The notes below the pieces were generated by a model that made no database searches, was not told the origin of the DNA, and saw only the letters and a program-made list of their open reading frames with translations. From positions 1 to 38,429 of the forward strand of contig JASFEC010000001.1 of assembly GCA_050125045.1 (NCBI GenBank): a DNA stretch of 38,429 nucleotides. The letters run 5' to 3'. The translations under genes were made by a program, and so were the position numbers. Below are positions 1-10,757 of the stretch, piece after piece. Each line of letters begins with the position of its first letter. Position 1 is the stretch's first letter. This DNA comes from Gammaproteobacteria bacterium (lineage in GTDB: Bacteria > Pseudomonadota > Gammaproteobacteria > Steroidobacterales > XN24).

Positions 1-196
1 CCGGCTCGGCCGCGCCCTGCGGCGGAATCACGGGCGCCCGGTAGGTCTGGGCCCCGCGGAGCTCGATCTTCTCGGCACCCGGCCACGGCCGGTCCGAGTA
101 GTGCACGACGCCGTTGTCGTCCACCCAGCGCCACACTTCCTCCGCCTGGGCGGCGAGGGCCCAGGTGCACAATAAGGCCAGCAAGATCCAGCGCAT
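1..196 (-). CDS. DUF4124-like exported protein (runs off the window start)
   Basis: Not in the ORF track. Manual translation from ATG at 196 (GGGAG upstream; alternative in-frame ATG at 211): MRWILLALLCTWALAAQAEEVWRWVDDNGVVHYSDRPWPGAEKIEL. Signal peptide plus the W-x-D-x-x-G-x-x-H-Y-S-D-x-P motif typical of DUF4124. Confidence 0.85.
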   Translation of the reverse strand, partial: MRWILLALLCTWALAAQAEEVWRWVDDNGVVHYSDRPWPGAEKIELRGAQTYRAPVIPPQGAAEP

Positions 197-255
197 CGCA
201 GCAGCTCCCATGCCTGTGTCACCGCCAAGCATAGCGGCGCGGCGGCCAGACTGAC

Positions 256-292
256 AAAAAAAAGCGGGCGGCGGGAAAAATCCCGCCGCCCG
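256..292 (-). terminator. Rho-independent terminator of glnA
   Basis: Perfect 12-bp inverted repeat CGGGCGGCGGGA-aaaa-TCCCGCCGCCCG (265-292) with an A8 run at 256-263 (U-tract on the minus strand), 20 bp after the glnA stop. Confidence 0.9.
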
Positions 293-312
293 AAACGCGT
301 CCTCCAGACTCG

Positions 313-1722
313 TCAGACGCTGTAGTACATGTCGAACTCGACTGGGTGGGTCGTCATGCGCAGGCGCGTGACCTCTTCCATCTTCAGGCTGATATAGCCG
401 TCGATCAGGTCGTCCGTGAACACGCCGCCTGCCGTCAGGAAGGCACGATCCTCGTCGAGCGCTTCGAGCGCTTCCTCGAGCGAGTAGCAGACCTCGGGAA
501 TGCTCTTGGACTCCTCGGCCGGCAGGTCGTAGAGATCCTTGTCCATCGGGTCGCCCGGGTGGATCCGGTTCAGGATCCCGTCGAGGCCCGCCATCATCAT
601 GGCGGCGAAGGCGAAATACGGGTTGCCGGTCGAGTCGGGGAACCGGACCTCGATGCGCCGGCCCTTCGGATTGGCGATGAAGGGGATGCGGATCGAGGCG
701 GAGCGGTTCCGGGCCGAGTAGGCCAGCTTCACCGGGGCCTCGAAGCCGGGGACCAGGCGCTTGTAGCTGTTGGTGGAAGCGTTGACGAAGGCGTTCAGCG
801 CTCGGGCGTGCTTGATGATCCCGCCGATGTAATAGAGCGCGGTCTCGGACAGGCCGCCGTACTCCTCGCCCGTGAACAGGTTCTTACCGTCCTTCGCCAG
901 CGACTGGTGCACGTGCATGCCGTTGCCGTTGTCGCCGACCAGGGGCTTGGGCATGAAGGTCGCGGTCTTGCCGTAGCCCTGGGCCACGTTCCAGACCACG
1001 TACTTCAGCGTCTGCACCGCGTCCGCCTTCTTGACCAGCGAGTCGAAGCCCACGCCGATCTCGCACTGGCCGGCGGTCGCCACCTCGTGGTGGTGCACCT
1101 CGGGATCGAGGCCCATGTCCCCGAGCACCAGGCACATGGCCGAGCGGATGTCGTGCAGGGAGTCGACCGGCGGCACCGGGAAGTAACCGCCCTTGACGCC
1201 CGGGCGATGGCCGAAGTTCCCGTCCGGGTAGATCTTCTCGGAATTCCAGCCGGCCTCGGAGGAGTCGACGGCGTAGGACACGCCCTTCATCTCCGAGCTC
1301 CAGCGCACGTCGTCGAAAATAAAGAACTCGTTTTCCGGCCCGAAGTACGCGACATCGGCCACGCCGGTCGACTTCAGGTAAGCCTCGGCGCGATGCGCCA
1401 GCGAGCGCGGGTCCCGCTCGTAGCCCTGCATGGTCGACGGCTCGAGCACGTCGCAGGTGATGTTGACCGTCGTGTCTTCCGAGAAAGGATCGACCACCGC
1501 GGTGGAGGGGTCGGGCATCAGGATCATGTCGGACTCGTTGATGCTCTTCCATCCGGCGATGGACGAGCCGTCGAACATCTTGCCTTCCTCGAACAGGTCG
1601 TCGTCGACCTTGCTGGCCGGCAGCGTCACATGCTGTTCCTTCCCCTTGGTGTCGGTGAAGCGAAGATCGACGAACGCCGCTTCCTTCTCCTTGATGAGCT
1701 CGAGCACGTCTTTGGCTTTCAT
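313..1722 (-). CDS. glnA: Glutamine synthetase type I
   Basis: [59 protein letters not shown], adenylylation loop DKDLYDL, C-terminal [11 protein letters not shown]; GGAGG RBS. Confidence 0.99.
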   Translation of the reverse strand: MKAKDVLELIKEKEAAFVDLRFTDTKGKEQHVTLPASKVDDDLFEEGKMFDGSSIAGWKSINESDMILMPDPSTAVVDPFSEDTTVNITCDVLEPSTMQGYERDPRSLAHRAEAYLKSTGVADVAYFGPENEFFIFDDVRWSSEMKGVSYAVDSSEAGWNSEKIYPDGNFGHRPGVKGGYFPVPPVDSLHDIRSAMCLVLGDMGLDPEVHHHEVATAGQCEIGVGFDSLVKKADAVQTLKYVVWNVAQGYGKTATFMPKPLVGDNGNGMHVHQSLAKDGKNLFTGEEYGGLSETALYYIGGIIKHARALNAFVNASTNSYKRLVPGFEAPVKLAYSARNRSASIRIPFIANPKGRRIEVRFPDSTGNPYFAFAAMMMAGLDGILNRIHPGDPMDKDLYDLPAEESKSIPEVCYSLEEALEALDEDRAFLTAGGVFTDDLIDGYISLKMEEVTRLRMTTHPVEFDMYYSV

Positions 1723-1817
1723 GGGGTCATTCCTCCGAGTCTGGATGCTAAGGAGCCCGTCTCCCCGGACTGGATGCCGGGGTTCGACAGGCGATGGTGA
1801 AACTCATGATGTTGCAA

Positions 1818-1833
1818 TGCAGGAACCGTGCCA
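1818..1833 (-). promoter_or_regulatory. Sigma54 (-24/-12) promoter of glnA
   Basis: Minus strand TGGCACGGTTCCTGCA = GG-N10-GC, close to consensus TGGCAC-N5-TTGC, ~95 bp upstream of the glnA start. Confidence 0.88.
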
Positions 1834-1908
1834 GCGTGCGCGAACCGGATCCCACCTTGAATTCTCGGGACTTGGGCAGCCCGTGAGCGGCCCGGCCATA
1901 GGCCATGC

Positions 1909-1956
1909 CGCACCAAGCCGGTGCAAACCCCTGTCGTACTGCACCAGCATAGACCG
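1909..1956. promoter_or_regulatory. NtrC enhancer sites (one strong, one half-conserved)
   Basis: CGCACCA-AGC-CGGTGCA (1909-1925) vs consensus TGCACCA-N3-TGGTGCA; second site TGCACCA-GCA-TAGACCG (1940-1956) 31 bp away; upstream of the sigma54 site as in the enteric glnAp2 layout. Confidence 0.8.
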
Positions 1957-1980
1957 CGCCGGGCGGTTTCGCCCGTGCGT

Positions 1981-1995
1981 TATACTTGCGCGCCC
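1981..1995 (+). promoter_or_regulatory. Putative sigma70 -10 box with GC-rich discriminator for glyQS
   Basis: TATACT followed by TGCGCGCCC, 17-29 bp before the candidate glyQ starts; no clear -35. Confidence 0.5.
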
Positions 1996-2014
1996 CTCCG
2001 GCATGGTGACAGGC

Positions 2015-2947
2015 ATGGCTTCGGCGGACATCGGTGTGGCCCCGGCCACCTTCCAGGACCTGCTGCTCAGGCTGCAACGCTACTGGGCCGATGCCGGTTG
2101 CGTGCTGATGCAGCCCCTCGACCTGGAGGTCGGCGCCGGCACCTTCCATCCGGCGACTTTTCTCCGTGCCATCGGCCCTGAGCCCTGGAGTGCCGCCTAC
2201 GTGCAGCCCTGCCGCCGGCCCACCGACGGGCGCTACGGCGACAACCCCTTCCGCCTGCAGCACTATTACCAGTTCCAGGTCGTGATCAAGCCGTCGCCGC
2301 TGGAGATCCAGGAGCTGTACCTGGACTCGCTGCGGGCGGTGGGTATCGACCCGCGTGTGCACGACATCCGCTTCGTCGAGGACAACTGGGAATCACCCAC
2401 GCTGGGCGCCTGGGGCCTGGGCTGGGAAGTCTGGCTGAACGGTATGGAGATCACCCAGTTCACCTATTTCCAGCAGGTCGGCGGCCTTGACTGCCGGCCG
2501 GTCACCGGAGAGATCACCTACGGGCTGGAGCGTATCGCCATGTACCTCCAGGGCGTCGACAGCGTCTTCGATCTTTGCTGGGCGGACGGCCCGCTGGGCC
2601 GCGTCAGCTACGGCGACGTCTATCACCAGAACGAGGTGGAGATGTCGGCCTACAACTTCGAGCAGGCCGACGTGAAGCTGCTGTTCACCCTGTTCGACGA
2701 GCACGAGAAGGCGTGCTCGTCGCTGTTGGCCAAGGCGCTGGCACTGCCGGCCTATGAGCAGGTCCTGAAAGCCTCGCACGTGTTCAACCTGCTCGACGCG
2801 CGCAAGGCGATTTCTGTGACCGAGCGCCAGCGCTTCATCCTGCGGGTCCGGAGCATGGCGCGGAAGGTTGCGGAGGCCTACTACGCGAGTCGGGAGGCGC
2901 TCGGCTTCCCGATGCTGGCGCAGGCCCGGGAGGCGGCCCATGACTGA
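2015..2947 (+). CDS. glyQ: Glycine--tRNA ligase alpha subunit
   Basis: [55 protein letters not shown]. True start is ATG 2015 or 2003; the upstream extension in the ORF track is antisense to glnA. Confidence 0.97.
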   Translation: MASADIGVAPATFQDLLLRLQRYWADAGCVLMQPLDLEVGAGTFHPATFLRAIGPEPWSAAYVQPCRRPTDGRYGDNPFRLQHYYQFQVVIKPSPLEIQELYLDSLRAVGIDPRVHDIRFVEDNWESPTLGAWGLGWEVWLNGMEITQFTYFQQVGGLDCRPVTGEITYGLERIAMYLQGVDSVFDLCWADGPLGRVSYGDVYHQNEVEMSAYNFEQADVKLLFTLFDEHEKACSSLLAKALALPAYEQVLKASHVFNLLDARKAISVTERQRFILRVRSMARKVAEAYYASREALGFPMLAQAREAAHD

Positions 2948-5027
2948 GCATGCCGACTTCCTGGTCGAGTTAGGCACCGAGGAACTGCCGCCCAGGGCGC
3001 TGCCCGCGCTGGAGAGCGCCTTCCGCGACGGGCTGGTGGCGCGCCTTGCCGAGGCCCGGCTCGGTCATGGCGAGGTCGAGTCCTTCGCCACCCCGCGCCG
3101 GCTCGCGATCAAGGTTCGTCGGCTGCAGGCCCGACAGGCTGACCAGGAGGTCGAGCTGCGCGGTCCGCCGCTGCGAGTGGCCCGAGCGGACGGCGCCTGG
3201 ACCAAGGCGGCCGAGAAGTTTGCCGCCGGGGCCGGGGTCGACGTGGATGCGCTGGTCGAGCGGGAAGAAGAGAAGGGCGTCTACGTCTATGCGCACAAGC
3301 TCGAGATCGGGGCAGCAGCTCCAGAGCTGCTGCCGCGGCTGGTCGGCGATGCGCTGGCCGCGCTGCCGGTGCCGAGGAGAATGCGCTGGGGTGCTGCCGA
3401 GGCCGAATTCGTCCGGCCGGTCCACTGGCTGGTCATGCTGCTGGGCGACGAGGTGGTGCCCTGCGAGTTGTACGGGGTGACCGCGGGGCGGGACACGCGC
3501 GGTCATCGTTTCATGTGCGAGGGGTTGCTGTCGCTGGCGCGAGCGTCCGACTACCCAGCGCGGCTGGAGGAGAACGGCTTCGTCATGCCCGACTTCGCCA
3601 CCCGGCGCGAGCGGATCCGCGCCGAGGCCGAGACCGCGGCACACGACACCGGCGGACGCCTGGTGCTTGACCCGGGGCTGCTGGACGAAGTGACGGCGCT
3701 GGTGGAGTGGCCCGTGGCCGTCACCGGCGCATTCGACGACCGCTTCCTGGCGCTGCCCGAGGAGGTCCTGGTGGCGACGCTGCAGGAACACCAGCGGTAT
3801 TTCCCGGTGCGCGGGCCGGACGGGCGCCTGGCGCCATGCTTCATCACCATCAGCAACGTGGACAGCCCGGAGCCGCAGGCCGTGCGGGCGGGCAATGAGC
3901 GGGTCGTGCGGCCGCGACTGGCCGATGCCGCCTTCTTCTGGGATCAGGATCGGCGTGCGCCGCTCGCGTCCCGCCGTGCCCAGCTGGACGGCGTGGTCTT
4001 CCAGGCCAGGCTCGGCAGCATCGGCGAGAAGAGCGCGCGGACCGCGGTGCTGGCAGGACGTGTCGCCCGTGAGCTGGGCGGGGACGCGGCCCTGGCCGAG
4101 GAAGCCGCGCGGCTCGCCAAGTGTGATCTCGTCACGGCGATGGTCGGCGAGTTTCCCGAGCTGCAGGGGGTCATGGGGAAGTACTACGCCCTGGCCGAAG
4201 GGGAGTCCGAGGAGCTGGCGGCGGCACTCGAAGAGCAGTACCTGCCGCGCTTCGCCGGCGACCGGCTGCCGGCCACCCGGACGGGGCAGGTGCTGGCACT
4301 GGCCGACAAGCTGGACACCATCGCCGGCATCTTCGCCATCGGCCAGCGCCCGACCGGCAACCGGGATCCCTTCGCCTTGCGCCGGGCGGCACTGGGCGTG
4401 TTGCGCATCTCCGTCGAATGCGGGCTCGACCTCGACCTGCCGCAGCTGGTGCAGGCCGCCGTTGCCGCACAGCCCGTTGCCGCCGGGGAAGAGACGGCAA
4501 CGGAGATCGTCGATTTCCTCTACGAGCGGCTGCGCGGCTACTACCTGGAGGGCGCGGGGAGCGTCATCACCTCGCACGACGTATTCGAGGCCGTGCTGGC
4601 ACGGCGACCGGTATCACTGGTCGATTTCCACCAACGCGTGGAGGCGGTGCTGGAATTTCAGCGCCTGGAAGAGGCGGCGTCGCTGGCGGCGGCCAACAAG
4701 CGGATCGCCAACATCCTGCGCCAGGCGGGCACCGTCCCGACCCGGGTGGATGAGGCAGGCCTCCTGCAGCCGGCGGAGGCGGCGTTGTATGCACGGGTGC
4801 AGGCCCTCGAGAGCGAGGTGGGCCCCCTGGTGGAATCGCGCAGCTACACGAAGGCGCTGGTGCTGCTGGCCGGCCTCCGCGCAGTCGTCGACCGCTTCTT
4901 CGACGAGGTGCTCGTCATGGACGAGGACCCGGCGATCCGTGCCAACCGGCTGGCCTTGCTCGGCCGGCTACGAGCACTGTTCATTGCCATCGCCGACGTA
5001 TCCAGGCTGGGCGCTGCCAGCGCCTAG
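2940..5027 (+). CDS. glyS: Glycine--tRNA ligase beta subunit
   Basis: [25 protein letters not shown]...[24 protein letters not shown]; ATG 2940 overlaps the end of glyQ. Confidence 0.97.
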   Translation: MTEHADFLVELGTEELPPRALPALESAFRDGLVARLAEARLGHGEVESFATPRRLAIKVRRLQARQADQEVELRGPPLRVARADGAWTKAAEKFAAGAGVDVDALVEREEEKGVYVYAHKLEIGAAAPELLPRLVGDALAALPVPRRMRWGAAEAEFVRPVHWLVMLLGDEVVPCELYGVTAGRDTRGHRFMCEGLLSLARASDYPARLEENGFVMPDFATRRERIRAEAETAAHDTGGRLVLDPGLLDEVTALVEWPVAVTGAFDDRFLALPEEVLVATLQEHQRYFPVRGPDGRLAPCFITISNVDSPEPQAVRAGNERVVRPRLADAAFFWDQDRRAPLASRRAQLDGVVFQARLGSIGEKSARTAVLAGRVARELGGDAALAEEAARLAKCDLVTAMVGEFPELQGVMGKYYALAEGESEELAAALEEQYLPRFAGDRLPATRTGQVLALADKLDTIAGIFAIGQRPTGNRDPFALRRAALGVLRISVECGLDLDLPQLVQAAVAAQPVAAGEETATEIVDFLYERLRGYYLEGAGSVITSHDVFEAVLARRPVSLVDFHQRVEAVLEFQRLEEAASLAAANKRIANILRQAGTVPTRVDEAGLLQPAEAALYARVQALESEVGPLVESRSYTKALVLLAGLRAVVDRFFDEVLVMDEDPAIRANRLALLGRLRALFIAIADVSRLGAASA

Positions 5028-5039
5028 GAGCTGCGGCCG

Positions 5040-5780
5040 ATGATCTGGCTGCGGTCCCTGCTGTACACGACGCTGTTGTTCCTGTCGGTGCCGGTGCACG
5101 CCACCTGCGTACTGCTCCTCAGTCCCTTCGGCCACCGCGTCTACTACCCGGTCGCGGTGAACTGGGCGCGGGTGAACCTCTGGCTGCTGAAGAAAATCTG
5201 CGGCCTGGATTTCGTGGTCGAGGGACTCGAGCATGTGCCGGCCGAGCCCTGCGTCCTGTACTGGAAGCACGAGTCCGTGTTCGAGACCATGGCTGGGGCC
5301 CTCGTGCTGCCCCCGCAGACCTGGGTGGTGAAGCGCGAGTTGATGTGGCTGCCCTTCTTCGGCTGGGGCCTTGCGCTGCTGAAACCCATCGCGATCAACC
5401 GCGCCGCCGGCCGGACCGCGGTCAAGCAGGTCATCCGCCAGGGGCAGGAACGACTCAAGGAGGGCTTGTGCGTGGTGATCTACCCGGAAGGAACCCGCGT
5501 TCTGCCTGGGCACCAGCGACGTTTCGGTATCAGTGGCGCGGCTCTCGCCAAGGCTGCCGGCGTGCCGGTCCTGCCGGTGGCGCACAACGCCGGCGATTTC
5601 TGGTCCCGCCGCAGTCTTCACAAGTTCCCGGGGACCATCCGAGTGGTCATCGGGCCGCCGATCCCTACTGCCGAACTCAGTCACGAGGAAATTACCACCC
5701 GCGGCCGCGAGTGGATTCTGGCCACCCGGAACCGCATCAGCGCACCCCTTGCAACTCGCTCCAACGGGTCTCTCAATTAA
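5040..5780 (+). CDS. plsC: 1-acyl-sn-glycerol-3-phosphate acyltransferase (PlsC family)
   Basis: KHESVFET (HxxxxD/E-type block), KREL..LPFFGW, IYPEGTR, PVAHNAG; AGGAG RBS; usual position after glyS. Confidence 0.9.
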   Translation: MIWLRSLLYTTLLFLSVPVHATCVLLLSPFGHRVYYPVAVNWARVNLWLLKKICGLDFVVEGLEHVPAEPCVLYWKHESVFETMAGALVLPPQTWVVKRELMWLPFFGWGLALLKPIAINRAAGRTAVKQVIRQGQERLKEGLCVVIYPEGTRVLPGHQRRFGISGAALAKAAGVPVLPVAHNAGDFWSRRSLHKFPGTIRVVIGPPIPTAELSHEEITTRGREWILATRNRISAPLATRSNGSLN

Positions 5781-5927
5781 GGGGATCGGTCGTCTGTCCA
5801 GCGCGCGCTGACGCGCGAGAAGAGTATTTTGTATACAGGATATTGGATAACCATAAAGACATCAGGGAGTTATCGTTCTTCGTGGGGCGAAAGGCGGCTA
5901 ACGTCTTCTAACTAGCGCCGAATGTCT

Positions 5928-8372
<2,445 letters not shown>

Positions 8373-9431
8373 TTATACCACCCGGCGCAGCCTTCCTTGT
8401 TCCACGTGGAACGTCCGCTCCGGCTCGAGGCCTGACAAGACTTCTGTATCGAGGGCCGTCACGAAGACCTGGAAAGGCATGTCGCTGATCAATCCCAGTA
8501 ATGCCTCACAACGACCCCGATCGAGCTCCGCCGCCGGGTCGTCCACCAGCAGCACACCCCGGTCACCGAAAGCAGGCGCCAGCAGGCGAGCCTGTCCGAG
8601 CACCAGAGCAGCGGCTAGCAGCTTCTGCTGGCCGCGCGACACCCAGCCCCGGGCGCGGTGATCGTCGATTTTCAATTGCAGGTCCGCCCTGTGCGGCCCG
8701 AGCTGGGTCATGCCGGCCTTTCGATCGCGATTCCGGTGCGCTGCCAGGGCTTCCGCCAGGTCCTGCCCGGCCGGCTGCCCCGGCCGGTAATCGATCGCCA
8801 CGTTCGTCCCGAGCAGCAGCTGGGCGACCTCGGCCACCGGCGGCTGCAGGGCCATCACCGTATCCTTGCGAAACGCATCGAGCGCCGCTCCTTCGGCCCC
8901 CAGCGTTCGTTCCCACAGCGCCAGCGACGCATCGGGCTCCCCGGCCTTGAGCGCCGCATTCCGCTGCCGAAGTGCCCGCTGGTAATTCCGCCATGCGTCC
9001 AGGAACCCTGGTTTCACGTGAAACGTCGCCCAGTCCAGGTAGCGCCGACGTTCGCCCGGACCCTCCTGTACCAGGCGGTGCACGTCCGGGTCCATGACCT
9101 GCACTGCCAGCCAGTCCGACAGCTGCGACAGCTGGGCCACAGGCTGCCCGGCAGCCCTCGCGGTCCAACCCCCTCTCTCCACTTCCAGGCCGAGCACCCG
9201 GTCTTCATCCAGGCGTGCCACGGCACGGAGTCGCTCCGCACCCTCCCGAATCATGGCCTCGCGTCGTGCCGCCCGAAAGGACCGACCGCGGCCCAGCAAG
9301 AAAATCGCCTCGAGCAAGCTCGTCTTGCCCGAGGCGTTCTTCCCTGTGATCAGGTTGATGCCGGGTACCGGCTCCAGCTCTGCGTCTTCGAAACAGCGGA
9401 ATTGGGTGAGTTTCAGGCTTCGCAGCCCCAT
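8373..9431 (-). CDS. recF: DNA replication/repair protein RecF
   Basis: Walker A GKNASGKTS, GP.ERRRYLD, GPHRADL, SRGQQK, LLVDD..AELD; ATG at 9431, 8 bp after the dnaN stop. Confidence 0.97.
   Translation of the reverse strand: MGLRSLKLTQFRCFEDAELEPVPGINLITGKNASGKTSLLEAIFLLGRGRSFRAARREAMIREGAERLRAVARLDEDRVLGLEVERGGWTARAAGQPVAQLSQLSDWLAVQVMDPDVHRLVQEGPGERRRYLDWATFHVKPGFLDAWRNYQRALRQRNAALKAGEPDASLALWERTLGAEGAALDAFRKDTVMALQPPVAEVAQLLLGTNVAIDYRPGQPAGQDLAEALAAHRNRDRKAGMTQLGPHRADLQLKIDDHRARGWVSRGQQKLLAAALVLGQARLLAPAFGDRGVLLVDDPAAELDRGRCEALLGLISDMPFQVFVTALDTEVLSGLEPERTFHVEQGRLRRVV
8398..8413. promoter_or_regulatory. parS: parS centromere site inside the 3' end of recF
   Basis: TGTTCCACGTGGAACG, 15/16 match to TGTTNCACGTGNAACA with a perfect 14-bp palindromic core. 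Confidence 0.9.
9010..9025. promoter_or_regulatory. parS: parS centromere site inside recF
   Basis: GGTTTCACGTGAAACG with perfect 14-bp palindrome GTTTCACGTGAAAC. Confidence 0.9.
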
Positions 9432-9439
9432 GCCTTCGC

Positions 9440-10540
9440 CTACAGCCGCATCGGCATTACGACGTACTTGCAATCGCGGGCCTCGGGATCCTGGATCAGG
9501 CAACTGCTGGCAGAATCCCGGAACTCCAGCCGGACGTTTTCGTTGTCCAGTGCCCGCAGCGCCGCAATGAGGTACTCCACGTTGAAGCCGATTTCCATCT
9601 CGGCCCCTTCGTACTGGACCTCGATTTCTTCCTCCGCCTCTTCCTGCTCCGGGTTGTGGGCCTGGACAGTGACGCTGCCGGGCTTCAATTCGACCCGGAC
9701 ACCCTTGTACTTCTCGTTTGCCAAAATCCGGATGCGGTTGAGGCAATCCGCCAACTGCAACCGGTCCGCCAGCATAGGCGCGTCACTCTCCTTCGGGATG
9801 ACGCGATCATAGTCCGGAAAGCGGCCATCGATCAGCTTGGAGGTGAGCTGGATGCCCGGGAGCGCTACGCGCAAATGATTGCTTCCGATCTCAAGGGTGC
9901 AGTCCCCCTCGCCACCGATCAGGCGCTGGAGTTCCAGTACGCCCTTACGCGGCACGATGACCTGCTGCGGCGTGGCATCCATCCCGTCCACCGCCAGCTC
10001 GCACAGCGCCAGGCGGTGTCCGTCCGTCGCCACGCTACGCACCTGTCCGCCGGCCGCCTCCAGCAACATGCCGTTGAGGTAGTAGCGCACGTCCTGGTTG
10101 GCCATGGAGAACTGTGTCTTCTCTATCAGACGATGCAGTGCGCCCTGGGGCAGCGTGAGCTTTTGCTGAGCCTTGATGTCTTCTACCACCGGGAAGTCGG
10201 CCGCCGGCAGTGTCGAAAGGGTAAACCGGCTCCGACCGGAACGGACCGTGACTTTCTCCCCGGACAGCGAGAAGCTGACGGCGGCGCCTTCGGGGAGCGC
10301 GCGACAAATATCCAGTAGTTTCCGTCCGGGCACCGTAACCTCGCCACCCTTGTCCACGCTCACTTCCACCGTGGCGACCAGCTCTACCTCGAGATCGGTC
10401 GCGGTGACGGCAAGGCCTTCTCCTTCCTTGGCGCTGATCAGCACGTTGGCCAGGACCGGCATGGTCTGCCGACGCTCGACAACGCCGATCACGGCCTGGA
10501 GGGGTTCCAGCAGAGTCTCTCGGGGTGCGCTGAACTTCAT
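9440..10540 (-). CDS. dnaN: DNA polymerase III beta sliding clamp
   Basis: VVERRQTMPVLANV, ATDLEVE, MANQDVRYYLNG, VATDGHRLA, SKLIDGRFPDY, YVVMPMRL; ATG 10540 with AGGTGG RBS. Confidence 0.99.
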   Translation of the reverse strand: MKFSAPRETLLEPLQAVIGVVERRQTMPVLANVLISAKEGEGLAVTATDLEVELVATVEVSVDKGGEVTVPGRKLLDICRALPEGAAVSFSLSGEKVTVRSGRSRFTLSTLPAADFPVVEDIKAQQKLTLPQGALHRLIEKTQFSMANQDVRYYLNGMLLEAAGGQVRSVATDGHRLALCELAVDGMDATPQQVIVPRKGVLELQRLIGGEGDCTLEIGSNHLRVALPGIQLTSKLIDGRFPDYDRVIPKESDAPMLADRLQLADCLNRIRILANEKYKGVRVELKPGSVTVQAHNPEQEEAEEEIEVQYEGAEMEIGFNVEYLIAALRALDNENVRLEFRDSASSCLIQDPEARDCKYVVMPMRL

Positions 10541-10757
10541 CGGTCCACCTGTCAACTATTAATAGAGGTATTTAAGAAAGAGCTTGTTATTACGACTATT
10601 AAGCTGCCCGCAGCACGGGATAACTCAATAAAAACATTACAATTCAATAAGTTACACCAAAGCCCACACTGTGACTAAAACGCCCCTAAGCGCTTCACGG
10701 CCTGTGGATACTTTGTGAACAACCTGGCCCGAAATAGTTATCCACAACTTGTCCACA
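10541..10757. other. oriC: Chromosomal replication origin oriC (dnaA-dnaN intergenic)
   Basis: Strongly AT-rich. DnaA boxes TTATCCACA (10738-10746, perfect), TTGTCCACA (10749-10757), TGTGGATAC (10703-10711), TGTGAACAA (10714-10722), degenerate TGTGACTAA (10670-10678) and ACGGGATAA (10615-10623). IHF-like ATTCAATAAGTTA (10642-10654). AT-rich unwinding region ~10556-10602. Confidence 0.9.

Noticed and set aside
346-1800. 484-aa ORF antisense to glnA, and similar long antisense ORFs over glyS, gyrB, mnmG, oppA, prp and atpA
   Set aside because: Shadow ORFs expected from high GC3 codon usage; no recognisable motifs and they mirror well-supported genes.
1430-2014. Long N-terminal extension of GlyQ in the ORF track
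   Set aside because: Overlaps glnA antisense and its promoter; GlyQ homology starts only at ~2015.
9432-9746. N-terminal extension of RecF overlapping dnaN
   Set aside because: A good ATG with AAGG at 9431 gives a normal-length RecF.
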